Positions 1 to 9,069 of a stretch of 64,000 bases of DNA are shown in pieces. This stretch comes from Longimicrobiales bacterium. GTDB taxonomy: Bacteria > Gemmatimonadota > Gemmatimonadetes > Longimicrobiales > Gaopeijiaceae. The DNA is taken from positions 567,596 through 631,595 of the forward strand of contig CBDBJW010000005.1 of NCBI GenBank assembly GCA_965206505.1, given 5' to 3'. Both the position numbers and the translations under genes were made by a program. The notes below the pieces were generated by a model that ran no database searches, was not told where the DNA came from, and saw nothing but the letters and a program-made list of their open reading frames with translations. Within the stretch, counting starts at the first letter, position 1; each line of letters starts with the position of its first letter.

Positions 1-172
1 CCTGAATCCCGTTCTCCTTCGCTGCTTTGAGGAGAGCTTCGATGTTGCCGACGGTCCCGTTCTCGGTCACGCTCTCGCCGACGATGTCCCAGGTCGCCCC
101 TTCCGGACTCAGAAAGTCGTTCTGGGGATCCGTGATCAGCAGTGCGGTGTCTTGAGGGTTGATCTGTATCAT
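1..172 (-). CDS. isochorismatase-family cysteine hydrolase, N-terminal part (gene runs off the window edge)
   Basis: Reverse translation from ATG at 172-170 gives MIQINPQDTALLITDPQNDFLSPEGATWDIVGESVTENG..., with the LLI.D.QNDF motif typical of isochorismatase-like hydrolases. AGGAGGTGG Shine-Dalgarno lies just upstream. Absent from the ORF track because it is cut by the window edge. Confidence 0.6.
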   Translation of the reverse strand, partial: MIQINPQDTALLITDPQNDFLSPEGATWDIVGESVTENGTVGNIEALLKAAKENGIQ

Positions 173-259
173 TGTCCACCTCCTGTCCGGTTTGACTGCG
201 CCCATGATTGTAAGCCTCGCGGTTGTTTTCGGCACGCCTGACTACGAGGACTTGGGAGG

Positions 260-1350
260 TTAGGCCCAGGGCAGCAGCACGACGCTGCCTGTGATCTCGT
301 TGTCAGCAATCAACCGATGTGCCTCTGCGGCCTCGCTCAACGGAAGCGCACGGTCGAGGATCGGTTTGATGTGGCCGGCGGCGACCAACCCGAGACCATA
401 CTCCAGGTCCTCCTTGTCGCTCGCCATGGAGCCGAGCAGGCGCTTCTGCGTGAAGAAGAGGCTCGTCACATCGAAGGTCGTCTCCGTACCAGCTGCGAAC
501 CCGAAGACTACGATGGTGCCGAGCGGACGCGCCGCCTCGATGCTCTTGGGCAGCACGTCGCCACCCAGGCTGTCGATTACCACGTCGACCCCTTGGCCAT
601 CCGTCCACTCCTTGACGCGTGCGACGAAGTCATCCGTGCTCGTGTCGATCACGAAATCGGCACCAAGCGCCCTCGCGAAGTCCGCGTCTTCCTGACTCCG
701 CACCGTTGTCGCAACCCTTGCACCGAGTGCCTTGGCGACCTGCAGCTGCATGCTTCCGGCGCCCCCGGCTCCGGCGTGGACCAGCACCGTGTCACCCGAC
801 TTCACGCCGCCGACGGTCTTTACGGACCGGACTGCGGTCGCCAAGACCATGGGCAGTGTTGCCACGAGCTCCGGCGATAGGCCGGTGTGGTCTCTTACCG
901 TGAACTCCGCTGGAAACTCGATGTACTGAGCGTACGTGCCCGGCCGCCCGAGCCCCGGGAGGGTGAAGCTGGCGGCCGTCCCGGCAGGCCGGATTCCCCA
1001 CTCGTCCTCGTCGAGCGGGTACCCTGCATCGGAATGACCACGTCGCCGATCTCGAATCCGGTGACGCCCGGTCCGATGGCTGTCACTTCGCCTGCGGCGT
1101 CGGCGCCCAGGATGTGTGGCCACGGAAGCTCAGGGGCTATCTCGCCCTGCCGGATGGAATGATCGAACCGATTCAGGCCTGCGGCGTTCACCTTGATGAG
1201 CAGATGACCAGGCCGTGGCTCTGCGACCGGCACTTCGATGGGCTCGAGCACGTCGGGTCCGCCGAATCCCTGGATGACGGCTGCCTTCATCACCGTGGCA
1301 ATCGAATGCTCGGTTCCCTGTACGGTCTGGTCCTTGGTTGTAGTTGTCAT
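260..1350 (-). pseudogene. NADPH:quinone oxidoreductase / zinc-type alcohol dehydrogenase (MDR superfamily), split by a frameshift
   Basis: The GroES-like N-terminus (MKAAVIQGFGGPDVLEPIEVPVAEPRPGHLLIKVNAAGLNRFD...GEVTAIGPGVTGFEIGDVVIP) is in ORF 895..1407. The Rossmann part (VLVHAGAGGAGSMQLQVAKALGARV...AHRLIADNEITGSVVLLP) is in ORF 260..1123, one frame away. The switch lies around 1015-1040. Start taken at ATG 1350, preceded by AGGAGAG. Confidence 0.75.
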
Positions 1351-1415
1351 TCTTCGCTCTCCTTGTCGTGTGGCGGGGGATCCCTGTGCCCCCCGTCGCT
1401 CAACCAAGAGACAAG

Positions 1416-1430
1416 GCAGGGAGCGTGCCA
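1416..1430 (-). promoter_or_regulatory. sigma-54 (-24/-12) promoter candidate for the divergent quinone oxidoreductase gene
   Basis: Minus strand reads TGGCACGCTCCCTGC versus the consensus TGGCACG-N4-TTGC. The GG and GC dinucleotides have the correct spacing. It lies about 66 nt upstream of the ATG at 1350 and next to a gene for a sigma-54 activator. Confidence 0.55.
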
Positions 1431-1485
1431 GGCATCCTTTTTCCGTAAACTGTTGTCGCTAAGTAGGTTATGGTTTTCGTAGATA

Positions 1486-1541
1486 TCACGAATTTTCGTG
1501 ATAACACGAACTATCGTTGCGATCGGCGCGAACTATCGTGA
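1486..1541. promoter_or_regulatory. three 16-bp palindromic sites (TCACGA-N4-TCGTGA type), candidate enhancer (UAS) for the sigma-54 activator
   Basis: TCACGAATTTTCGTGA (1486-1501, perfect), ACACGAACTATCGTTG (1504-1519) and GCGCGAACTATCGTGA (1526-1541). They sit 55-125 bp upstream of the -24 element, in the divergent intergenic region. Confidence 0.5.
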
Positions 1542-1578
1542 TTCTGTTGCGAAATCACCCGACCCCGGAGGAGGATGA

Positions 1579-3048
1579 ATGCCCGGCGAAGGTCTGACCC
1601 CGGATCTGATCAACGAGCTCGAGCAGTACCGGCGGATACTGAACAACATCCCGGCCGAGATTGGCGTTCTCGACACCGATGGGCGGTACCTGTTCAATAC
1701 GCCCTCCGGAATTCGGGACCCCGGGGTTCGAGAGTGGATGCTCGGAAAGACAAACCACGAGTGGGTACGGGAGCGGGGTCATCCGATCGAGATCGCGGAT
1801 AAGCGACAAGCGGCCGTCGATCACTGCGTCACCGAGAAGGAGTCGGTAACCTTTGAGGAGATCTGGACCGACAGAGAGGGTCGCCGACTCTACTACGTCC
1901 GCACGTTCAGTCCGGTCGAAGATGAAGCCGGAGAAGTCACGCACGTCCTCGGATACGGCCAGCAGATCACGCAGCTCAAGAAGGCGGAAGAGGAGCTAAG
2001 GAACGCACTGGCCGAGGTCGAGGCCCTCAAAGATCGACTCCACGACGAGAATCAGTATCTCCGCGAAGAGCTCCAGGCCGAGTACAACTTCGAGGAGATG
2101 GTGGGCGAGTCCCCTGCGATGGCGAACGTGCGTGCCGCGATCGAGACGGTGGCGCCGACGGACGCCAATGTTGTGATCAGCGGGGAAACGGGGACCGGTA
2201 AGGAAATCGTTACTCGGGCGATCCACGCACTCAGCAGCCGGCGTGACAAGCCGCTCATCAAGGTGAACTGCGCGTCCATACCGCGCGAGTTGTTTGAGAG
2301 TGAGTTCTTCGGTCATGTGAAGGGTGCGTTCACCGGAGCGATCAAGGACCGCGTCGGCCGGTTCCAACTTGCCCATTGGGGGACGTTGTTCCTCGACGAG
2401 ATTTCTGAGATCCCGCTCGAGACGCAGGGCAAGCTACTCCGCGTTTTACAGGAAGGTGAATTCGAGAAGGTCGGCGAGGCCAAGACACGCAGGGCCGATG
2501 TCCGGATCATTGCGGCCACCAATCGCACCCTCAAGGAGGAGGTCGAGGGTGGGCGTTTCCGGCAGGACCTCTACTATCGGCTCAATGTCTTTCCGATCGA
2601 CGTGCCCCCCCTTCGTCATCGCGGCGAGGACACCCGGCTCCTCGCGACTCATTACCTCGAGCGAGCCGTGCGGAAGCTCAGTCGAGGACCGAGATCGCTC
2701 ACGTCCGCGGAAGCGTCGCAGCTCCTGTCCTACGATTGGCCCGGAAACGTGCGGGAGCTACAGAATGTGATCGAACGGGCTGTGATCACGAATCGCGGCG
2801 GACCGCTGAGCTTCGATCTGCCTTCGTCAAAGGGAGGTGGTCCCTCGGTGCCCGGGGTCGCGGTGGATACCGAAGCCGACGTGGTGTCCGACGCCGAGAT
2901 GCGACGACGGGAGCGCGACAACGTGCTGCGAGCCCTGGAGCGGACGAACTGGCGCGTCTACGGACCCCAGGGTGCCGCGGCCTTGCTTGAGGTCAGGGCC
3001 ACCACGTTGGCATCGCGGATCAAGAAGCTGGGACTTGGCCGCCGATGA
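1579..3048 (+). CDS. sigma-54-dependent transcriptional activator (PAS sensor - AAA+ - Fis-type HTH)
   Basis: Walker A GETGTGKE, the hallmark GAFTGA loop (HVKGAFTGA), [31 protein letters not shown] and a C-terminal HTH ([18 protein letters not shown]). The N-terminus is PAS-like and followed by a coiled coil. GGAGGAGG RBS. Confidence 0.9.
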   Translation: MPGEGLTPDLINELEQYRRILNNIPAEIGVLDTDGRYLFNTPSGIRDPGVREWMLGKTNHEWVRERGHPIEIADKRQAAVDHCVTEKESVTFEEIWTDREGRRLYYVRTFSPVEDEAGEVTHVLGYGQQITQLKKAEEELRNALAEVEALKDRLHDENQYLREELQAEYNFEEMVGESPAMANVRAAIETVAPTDANVVISGETGTGKEIVTRAIHALSSRRDKPLIKVNCASIPRELFESEFFGHVKGAFTGAIKDRVGRFQLAHWGTLFLDEISEIPLETQGKLLRVLQEGEFEKVGEAKTRRADVRIIAATNRTLKEEVEGGRFRQDLYYRLNVFPIDVPPLRHRGEDTRLLATHYLERAVRKLSRGPRSLTSAEASQLLSYDWPGNVRELQNVIERAVITNRGGPLSFDLPSSKGGGPSVPGVAVDTEADVVSDAEMRRRERDNVLRALERTNWRVYGPQGAAALLEVRATTLASRIKKLGLGRR

Positions 3049-3117
3049 GGGCCCCCACCTTTGCTTCACCGCTAGCCGTTGGGTATCGTGACGACCCACG
3101 ACCCCGGAGTCCCAGCT

Positions 3118-4479
3118 ATGCGCAATTTCCAACACGTGATACTCGGAACCGGCCAGGCAACGGGCACCCTATTGGGCGACCTCTTGCCAACCGGAGACTC
3201 GATTGCCGTCATTGAAGGAGATCGCATAGGGGGCACCTGCGTGAACACGGGTTGCACCCCGACCAAGGCACTCGTGGCCAGCGCGAGGGTCGCTCATATG
3301 ATGCGGCGTGCACCGGAGTACGGCGTGCAGCCCAATGGGGTCGAGATAGATTTCGAAACCGTTCGGGCGCGCATGAACGCCATTCGCGACAACACCGGAA
3401 TGGCTACGTGGATCCGCTCCGCAGAAAGTGTGTCGTTATTCGAGGACTGGGGCCGATTCGAGGGTCCACGGCAAATTCGTGTGGGCGACGAGAGCATCAC
3501 CGCCGATCGGATCTATATCAATGCCGGAGCACGCCCGCGCGTCCCCGAAATTCCAGGACTGGACGCGGTTCCATGGCTGGATAACAGCCGGGTTCTCGAG
3601 CTGACCGAGGTGCCAGAGCACCTGATCATCTTGGGAGGGAGTTACGTTGCGCTCGAATTCGGTCAGATCTTTCGAAGATTCGGCTCACGGCTCACGGTCA
3701 TCGAGCGGGGACCTCAACTCGTATTTCGAGAAGATGCCGACGTTGCGGAGTCGATCAAGGACATTCTCGAACTGGAAGGTATCGAATTCTGTCTGGACTC
3801 GAGCGCGAGGAGGGTCGCCCCCGACGACGCCGGCGTTGCGGTCACGATCGTTCAGGGTGGCGACGAGCGCTTGCTGACCGGCTCCCACTTCCTCGTCGCG
3901 GTCGGGCGGGTCCCGAACTCCGACCTGCTGAACCTTGAGGCGGCCGGTATCCAGCTCGACGAACGGGGGTTCATCGAGGTCGACGACTTTTGCCGGACCA
4001 GCGCCGAGGGTGTTTTCGCCCTGGGCGATATCAACGGACACGGTGCCTTCACCCATACGTCGGTCAAAGACGCCGAGATCGTCCTCGACCAGATGCGCGG
4101 TGGCACCAGGAGATTATCGGACCGGATCCCCGTCTACGGGCTCTTCATCGATCCTGCGCTCGGTCGTGTCGGATTGACCGAAAAGGAAGCGATTGCGAAG
4201 GGGCATAACGTAACGAAGGCCACACGGCCGATGTCTGCGATCAACCGGGCCAAGGAGATGGGAGAAACGCTCGGGTTCGCCAAGCTCCTGGTCGACGGCG
4301 ATACGGATCAGATTCTGGGCGCAGCGATTCTCGGACCCGGTGGGGATGAGATCATCAACATGTTTGCGGCTTACATGTATAGTGGACTGCCGTGCAGCAG
4401 CTACCGGAAATCAGTGCTCGTCCACCCGACCGTATCCGAACTCATGCCCTGGATGCTGGACACGCTGGAGCCGGTTTGA
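3118..4479 (+). CDS. class I pyridine nucleotide-disulfide oxidoreductase (mercuric reductase / dihydrolipoamide dehydrogenase-like)
   Basis: GTGQATG FAD fingerprint, redox-active GGTCVNTGCTPTK disulfide, second Rossmann ILGGSYVALEF, and the C-terminal dimerisation motif HPTVSE. Start moved to ATG 3118 (MRNFQHVILG), with GGAG 8 nt upstream. Confidence 0.85.
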   Translation: MRNFQHVILGTGQATGTLLGDLLPTGDSIAVIEGDRIGGTCVNTGCTPTKALVASARVAHMMRRAPEYGVQPNGVEIDFETVRARMNAIRDNTGMATWIRSAESVSLFEDWGRFEGPRQIRVGDESITADRIYINAGARPRVPEIPGLDAVPWLDNSRVLELTEVPEHLIILGGSYVALEFGQIFRRFGSRLTVIERGPQLVFREDADVAESIKDILELEGIEFCLDSSARRVAPDDAGVAVTIVQGGDERLLTGSHFLVAVGRVPNSDLLNLEAAGIQLDERGFIEVDDFCRTSAEGVFALGDINGHGAFTHTSVKDAEIVLDQMRGGTRRLSDRIPVYGLFIDPALGRVGLTEKEAIAKGHNVTKATRPMSAINRAKEMGETLGFAKLLVDGDTDQILGAAILGPGGDEIINMFAAYMYSGLPCSSYRKSVLVHPTVSELMPWMLDTLEPV

Positions 4480-4525
4480 ATCCTCCTTTGCCGCCCACCG
4501 CGGCCGAGGTCTCCGGAGGTGCGGT

Positions 4526-6006
4526 ATGAAGCTCGTGTCTGTGAACGTCTCGCTTCCCCGGGAGATCACGGTCAAGGGCAAGACCGTCCGAACCGGCATC
4601 TTCAAGGAGGCCGTCGCCCGGCGCGTACGGGTCGAAACTCTCAACATCGACGGCGACGGCCAGGCCGACCTCATCGGCCATGGCGGCCCGGATTCTATTT
4701 CCGCGTGTTGGAGGAGGGCGAGGTCGGGGCCGGCGACGCCATCGAGCGTGTTCGCCTCGATCCAGTCGGGCTCACCGTCCGTCAGGTCAGCCACCTTCTC
4801 TATTTCGATAAGGACAACTTAGAAGGCGCGAGAGCCGCGCTCCGTATCGAGGCCCTGTCACCGGGCTGGCGGCAATCGTTCGAAAAGCGCTTGGCAAAGG
4901 CGCAGCGCGCGACGAAGTCGAAAGAGAAGTACCGAACCCTTGTCGTGACGCGAAAGGTGCCGGAGAGCGAGTCCATCACGTCGTTCTACCTCGCCGCGGA
5001 GGACGGGGAGCCTTTGGACGCGTTTCTCCCGGGTCAGTTCCTCCCGCTCCGACTGAATATCCCCGGCCAATACGAGCCTGTGTACCGGACGTACTCTCTC
5101 TCCGACCGACCAGGCGCCGAGCACTATCGCCTGACCATTAAGCAGGAGCCGGCTCCTCCCGACCTCCCCAACGTGTACCCCGGCGTATCGTCAAACTATT
5201 TCCACGATCACGTGGATGTGGGTGCCACGCTCTCGGCCAAGTCGCCGCGCGGACGGTTCTATCTCGACCCAAACGGGGAGACGCCGGTGGCGCTCGTGAG
5301 TGGGGGTGTCGGTCAAACGCCGATGATCAGCATGCTCAATTCCATCGTCGCGGCCGGCGCAAAGCGGCCGACGTGGTTCGTTCATGCGAGCCGATGCGGC
5401 CGCGAACACGCTTTTGGCGAAGCCGTGCGGCGCCTCGCCGAGGAACATGACGACGTCCACACGCACATCCGCTACAGCCAGCCATCTCCCGCGGACGTCG
5501 TGGGGCGCGACCACGACGATACCGGGCGGATCGACGTGGATCTGTTGAAGCGTCTGGGGCCGGACAACGAGTGCGACTTCTATCTGTGCGGCCCGCCCGG
5601 GTTCATGCGATCGCTCTTCGACGGGTTGCTGTCGTGGGGAGTCCCCGAACACCGGATTCACTATGAGTTCTTCGGACCCGCGTCCGCCGTGAGTGAGCGA
5701 GCGAAGGTTGCCACTCCGAAGCGCCTTGCACAGGCCGCCGAATGCTGCACCGATCTCGAGGTCACGTTCTCGACCTCAGAGGTTCGCGCGAACTGGAACC
5801 CGTCGTTCGAGAGCATCCTGGATCTGGCCGAGGCGAACGGCCTGAGTCCCGACTATAGCTGCCGGTCAGGGGTCTGTCAGACCTGCGTGGCTAGGATCGA
5901 GGAGGGTGAGGTCGAGTACGTCATCGAGCCCCTCGACCCGCCCGATGACGGCTCCGTCTTGATCTGCGTCTCCAAGCCCATGACCCCTGTGGTCATAACA
6001 CTATGA
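4526..6006 (+). pseudogene. MOSC - FNR-like flavin reductase - 2Fe-2S ferredoxin fusion protein with an out-of-frame internal deletion in the MOSC domain
   Basis: Frame 1 from ATG 4526 reads MKLVSVNVSLPREITVKGKTVRTGIFKE...DLIGHGGP. At about 4688-4692 the reading continues in another frame as GFYFRVLEEGEVGAGDAIERV. The intact paralogue at 12927..13592 has about 100 residues between HGGP and GFYF. Downstream are an FNR-like part (RTYSLS, GGVGQTPM) and a C-terminal CRSGVCQTC 2Fe-2S motif. Confidence 0.75.
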
Positions 6007-6028
6007 TGACGGAGAGGAGCGAGCCTTC

Positions 6029-6166
6029 ATGACACACGACCGATCGATTCGGGTGGCGGTGGTGGGCGGGGCACGCACGCCGTTCGCCAGGGCGGACACT
6101 GTGTTCCGCAAGTACTCGGCGCTCGACCTGGGCCGCCCAACCCACGATCACGAGGAGGATGGGTAA
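6029..6166 (+). pseudogene. 45-codon N-terminal stub of an acetyl-CoA acetyltransferase (thiolase)
   Basis: MTHDRSIRVAVVGGARTPFARADTVFRKYSALDLGR matches the canonical thiolase N-terminus, then diverges (PTHDHEEDG) and stops. Its TAA overlaps the osmC ATG (TAATG). Confidence 0.5.
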
Positions 6167-6600
6167 TGGCAGTTGTGACCGGTGTACTTGGCGAAGGCAC
6201 TCAGGTAGCGATACGGGCCCGCGACTTCACCTGGTTCGGCGACGAGCCGACCGGCGCCGGCGGCACGGATACCGGCCCCACACCGTACGAGATCTTGCTG
6301 GGAAGCCTCGCGGCATGTATCACGATCACGTTGCGGCTCTATGCCGAGCACAAGGGTATCCCGCTCGAGGAGGTCCGGGTCGCGGTCGAGTACGACCGCG
6401 TGCACGCCGACGACTGCGTGGGATGTGACGAGCGTGCCGACGGCTGGATCGAGCGTATCCAGTCACACGTGACCCTCCGGGGAACGTTCGACGAGCCCCA
6501 ACGCAAGCGGTTGGCGCAGGTGGCGCAGCGCTGTCCGGTTCACAAGACGCTGGCGAACGGGGTCCACATGGTCGATTCCGTTGCCTTCGATGCCGGCTGA
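6166..6600 (+). CDS. OsmC/Ohr-family peroxiredoxin-like protein
   Basis: GTDTGPTPYEILLGSLAACITITLRLYA ... RCPVHKTL, the two conserved Cys regions of the OsmC family. GAGGAGGA RBS. Confidence 0.85.
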   Translation: MAVVTGVLGEGTQVAIRARDFTWFGDEPTGAGGTDTGPTPYEILLGSLAACITITLRLYAEHKGIPLEEVRVAVEYDRVHADDCVGCDERADGWIERIQSHVTLRGTFDEPQRKRLAQVAQRCPVHKTLANGVHMVDSVAFDAG

Positions 6601-6669
6601 GCGGCCGAAGAGCCGCTCCCGGCCCTCGACCTTGCGCCATCGGAGTCGCCACCTAAGGTCAGCGTATGA

Positions 6670-7329
6670 TCAAAGAGGTGTGGTCCGTCCTCTCATCCAC
6701 CATCGCACCGCCACGAAAAGGGCTGTAGACTCTCCTGCGATCCATCCCCACCACGGGTAGCTCACCGCCGGCAGTGACATTCCCTCTCCCAATCCCGTCA
6801 CCCCGGCCAGGGCAGTGGGCACGATAAATGTCGCGAGCAGCATGCAGCACGCCGCCACCATAAGTGACCACTCCCACGTCCGGGGTGCGATGACTCCATA
6901 ATCCATCGGCCAGAGCGCCCAGGCCGCCACCGACATGGGGAGGGCGATAAGCGAGGGGGCCCACACCGGCCCGACCCAGACGGTGGGGATCAGGAAGAGC
7001 ACATCCGGCTCGAAGAGAGACGCCGGCCAGCCCAGCAGAATCTTCAATCCGGCGTAGTACGCGATGTCCCACACGCCGAAAACGAGCGCGAAGCCGATCA
7101 GCGTCTGCCAGCCGGAACGGGCCGCCGCCCCCGCAACCGCGAAGATCATGACGATGGTGGCGGCCTCCCGGCCGATCTCCACGCCCAGGATTCCGGCGTC
7201 CATGGGCTTCAGCGGGAAGGAGAATCCCTCGGGGTAATAAATGGCGCGAAGGTAGACGACGACCGCGGCTTCGAGATAGCCCATCGCGACGGCGTAGAGG
7301 AGTAGCGCTGTCCGAGGGCGGCCGAACAT
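6670..7329 (-). CDS. polytopic membrane protein, unknown function
   Basis: Hydrophobic throughout, with several predicted helices and high GC3. Start chosen at the internal Met (MFGRPRTALLLYAV). No recognisable family. Confidence 0.5.
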   Translation of the reverse strand: MFGRPRTALLLYAVAMGYLEAAVVVYLRAIYYPEGFSFPLKPMDAGILGVEIGREAATIVMIFAVAGAAARSGWQTLIGFALVFGVWDIAYYAGLKILLGWPASLFEPDVLFLIPTVWVGPVWAPSLIALPMSVAAWALWPMDYGVIAPRTWEWSLMVAACCMLLATFIVPTALAGVTGLGEGMSLPAVSYPWWGWIAGESTALFVAVRWWMRGRTTPL

Positions 7330-7474
7330 CGAGTAGTACCTCCGGTCACGGGGCACGCGGGCTCACGTTGGCAGTGGGGCGCCCAATCTGGTAACGTCCC
7401 TCGGGGAAGTCTAACACTCCGGGCGGGATCATGAACGCGGGCTCTCGGCCGAAGCGCGGCACAACGTAACGAGA

Positions 7475-8005
7475 GTGGACCCGATGGATGTGAATGACCG
7501 CCGAGTGACGACGGAGAGCGAGCCAGGCGAACCCCGGTCGACATCCGTCCTCGTCCATCTTTCAGGGAGCCGGCGGGGGCACTCCCACCGCCTTTCCGGG
7601 AACGAGATCAAGATCGGCACCGGAGCCGGGATGGATCTCCGACTGCCCCTTGATACCGAACCGCTTCCGGCGCCCCACCACGCGACTCTGCGCTGTCGGG
7701 GCGCCACGCACGAGGTGGTGGCGGAGAGCGGGAGCGAGGTCTGGGTAAACGGCGAGCAGGTGAGCCGGTTCACCCTGGCGTCGGGGGACGTTCTGGAGAT
7801 CGGCCGGGACGGCGCTGTGTTGCGCTATCGCGTGTACGACGCCGGAGTCGCACCCTACAAGACGATGACGCAGGTCTTCTCCGACTGTCTCGACTGCGCT
7901 CGGAAATCGGATCGGGGTCCCGTCGGGAGGGCAGCCATGGTCCTCACCGACCTCCCCAAGCAGTTGGCGACCGAAACGGCTCTTTCGTTCCGCGTTGCGT
8001 GCTGA
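7475..8005 (+). CDS. FHA domain protein
   Basis: IKIGTGAGMDLRLP...HATLRCRGATHEVVAESGSEVWVNGEQV...GDVLEIGRDGAVLRY is an FHA signature. It ends immediately before the transmembrane helix encoded by the next ORF (GTGCTGA overlap). Confidence 0.7.
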   Translation: MDPMDVNDRRVTTESEPGEPRSTSVLVHLSGSRRGHSHRLSGNEIKIGTGAGMDLRLPLDTEPLPAPHHATLRCRGATHEVVAESGSEVWVNGEQVSRFTLASGDVLEIGRDGAVLRYRVYDAGVAPYKTMTQVFSDCLDCARKSDRGPVGRAAMVLTDLPKQLATETALSFRVAC

Positions 8006-9069
8006 CTCTATTGGTCCTGCTGGGACTCGGCACCGTGTTGCTGGCGCGCCGGAGCGCGCGGCTCGAACAGAGGCTGACCGACGAGATGACTCGGGTGGAG
8101 GGACTCGCCGAGCTGCTTGAGCGGGCCCGGACGCAGGTTCCCACCGCCGAAGATCTCGGCGACGTCGTCGCCGAACTCCAGTCCGGCGTGTTGACGGCAC
8201 GGGATCGGCTGGATGCGTTGGAAGAGCGAAGTGGAGCGGAGGCCCGGGTGATCCGAACGGCGTCCCGGTCTACGGTTTTCGTCCAGGGGAGCTACGGGTT
8301 CGTCCAACCCGAGAGCAGCCGTCCTCTGCGCCTCGTCTTGGGACTTGGTGGCCGGCCCATCAGGAACGCAGCCGGCGAGCCGGCCATCAGCGTGGATGGT
8401 GAGGGGCCTCCCTTGGAGGTCTTCCTCACAGGCACGGCGTTCCTGGTCAGTCTGGACGGACTCGTGCTCACGAACAGGCACGTGTCGAGACCTTGGGAGT
8501 TCGACCCCGCGGGTCAGGCTTTAGTCGCCCAGGGCTTCGAGGGGAGGATGACGCGCTTCGATGGTTACCTCCCGGGGGTAGCGGAGCGCTTCGAGCTGGA
8601 GCTGATCTCGGCCAGCGACGAAGCCGATCTGGCTCTCCTCTGCTGCGTCGTCAGCGACGAGGCGGACTATCTTCCGCTTGCCGAGGGGCCGCCCGAGCCA
8701 GGTGAGGCCGTGCTCGTCATCGGCTTCCCACTGGGGATCCGGGCGCTCATGGCCCGCACCAATCCCGAGTTCGTGGAAGGCCTCCGCGATGCCGGCGTCA
8801 CAGACTTCTGGGAAGTCGCCGAGCGGCTGTCGCGAGCCGGGCACGTCACGCCGCTGGCGAGTAGGGGCATCGTGGGCCAGGTGACGACTCAGAATGTTGT
8901 CTACGACGCCGAGACTACCAGTGGGGGAAGTGGCGGGCCGGTGCTGTCGTTGGACGGCCAGGTGGTAGCGATCAACTCGGCAATCCTTCCGGAGTTCGGG
9001 GGCTCGAATCTGGGAGTTCCTGCCGCGCGGGCGCGGGAGCTGCTGTCGGCGGTCAGACCACTTCCATAA
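7999..9069 (+). CDS. membrane-anchored coiled-coil / trypsin-like (S1C) serine protease
   Basis: N-terminal TM helix LTLLVLLGLGTVLL, then a coiled coil, then the protease core TNRHV ... DLALL ... TSGGSGGPVLSLDGQVVAINSAI (His/Asp/Ser triad contexts). GTG start at 7999. Confidence 0.75.
   Translation: MLTLLVLLGLGTVLLARRSARLEQRLTDEMTRVEGLAELLERARTQVPTAEDLGDVVAELQSGVLTARDRLDALEERSGAEARVIRTASRSTVFVQGSYGFVQPESSRPLRLVLGLGGRPIRNAAGEPAISVDGEGPPLEVFLTGTAFLVSLDGLVLTNRHVSRPWEFDPAGQALVAQGFEGRMTRFDGYLPGVAERFELELISASDEADLALLCCVVSDEADYLPLAEGPPEPGEAVLVIGFPLGIRALMARTNPEFVEGLRDAGVTDFWEVAERLSRAGHVTPLASRGIVGQVTTQNVVYDAETTSGGSGGPVLSLDGQVVAINSAILPEFGGSNLGVPAARARELLSAVRPLP

Noticed and set aside
6599-6618. Hairpin GAGCGGC-cgaaga-GCCGCTC after osmC as a terminator.
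   Set aside because: It has a plausible stem but no U-tract, and it lies in a convergent gap. The evidence is too weak to list as a feature.
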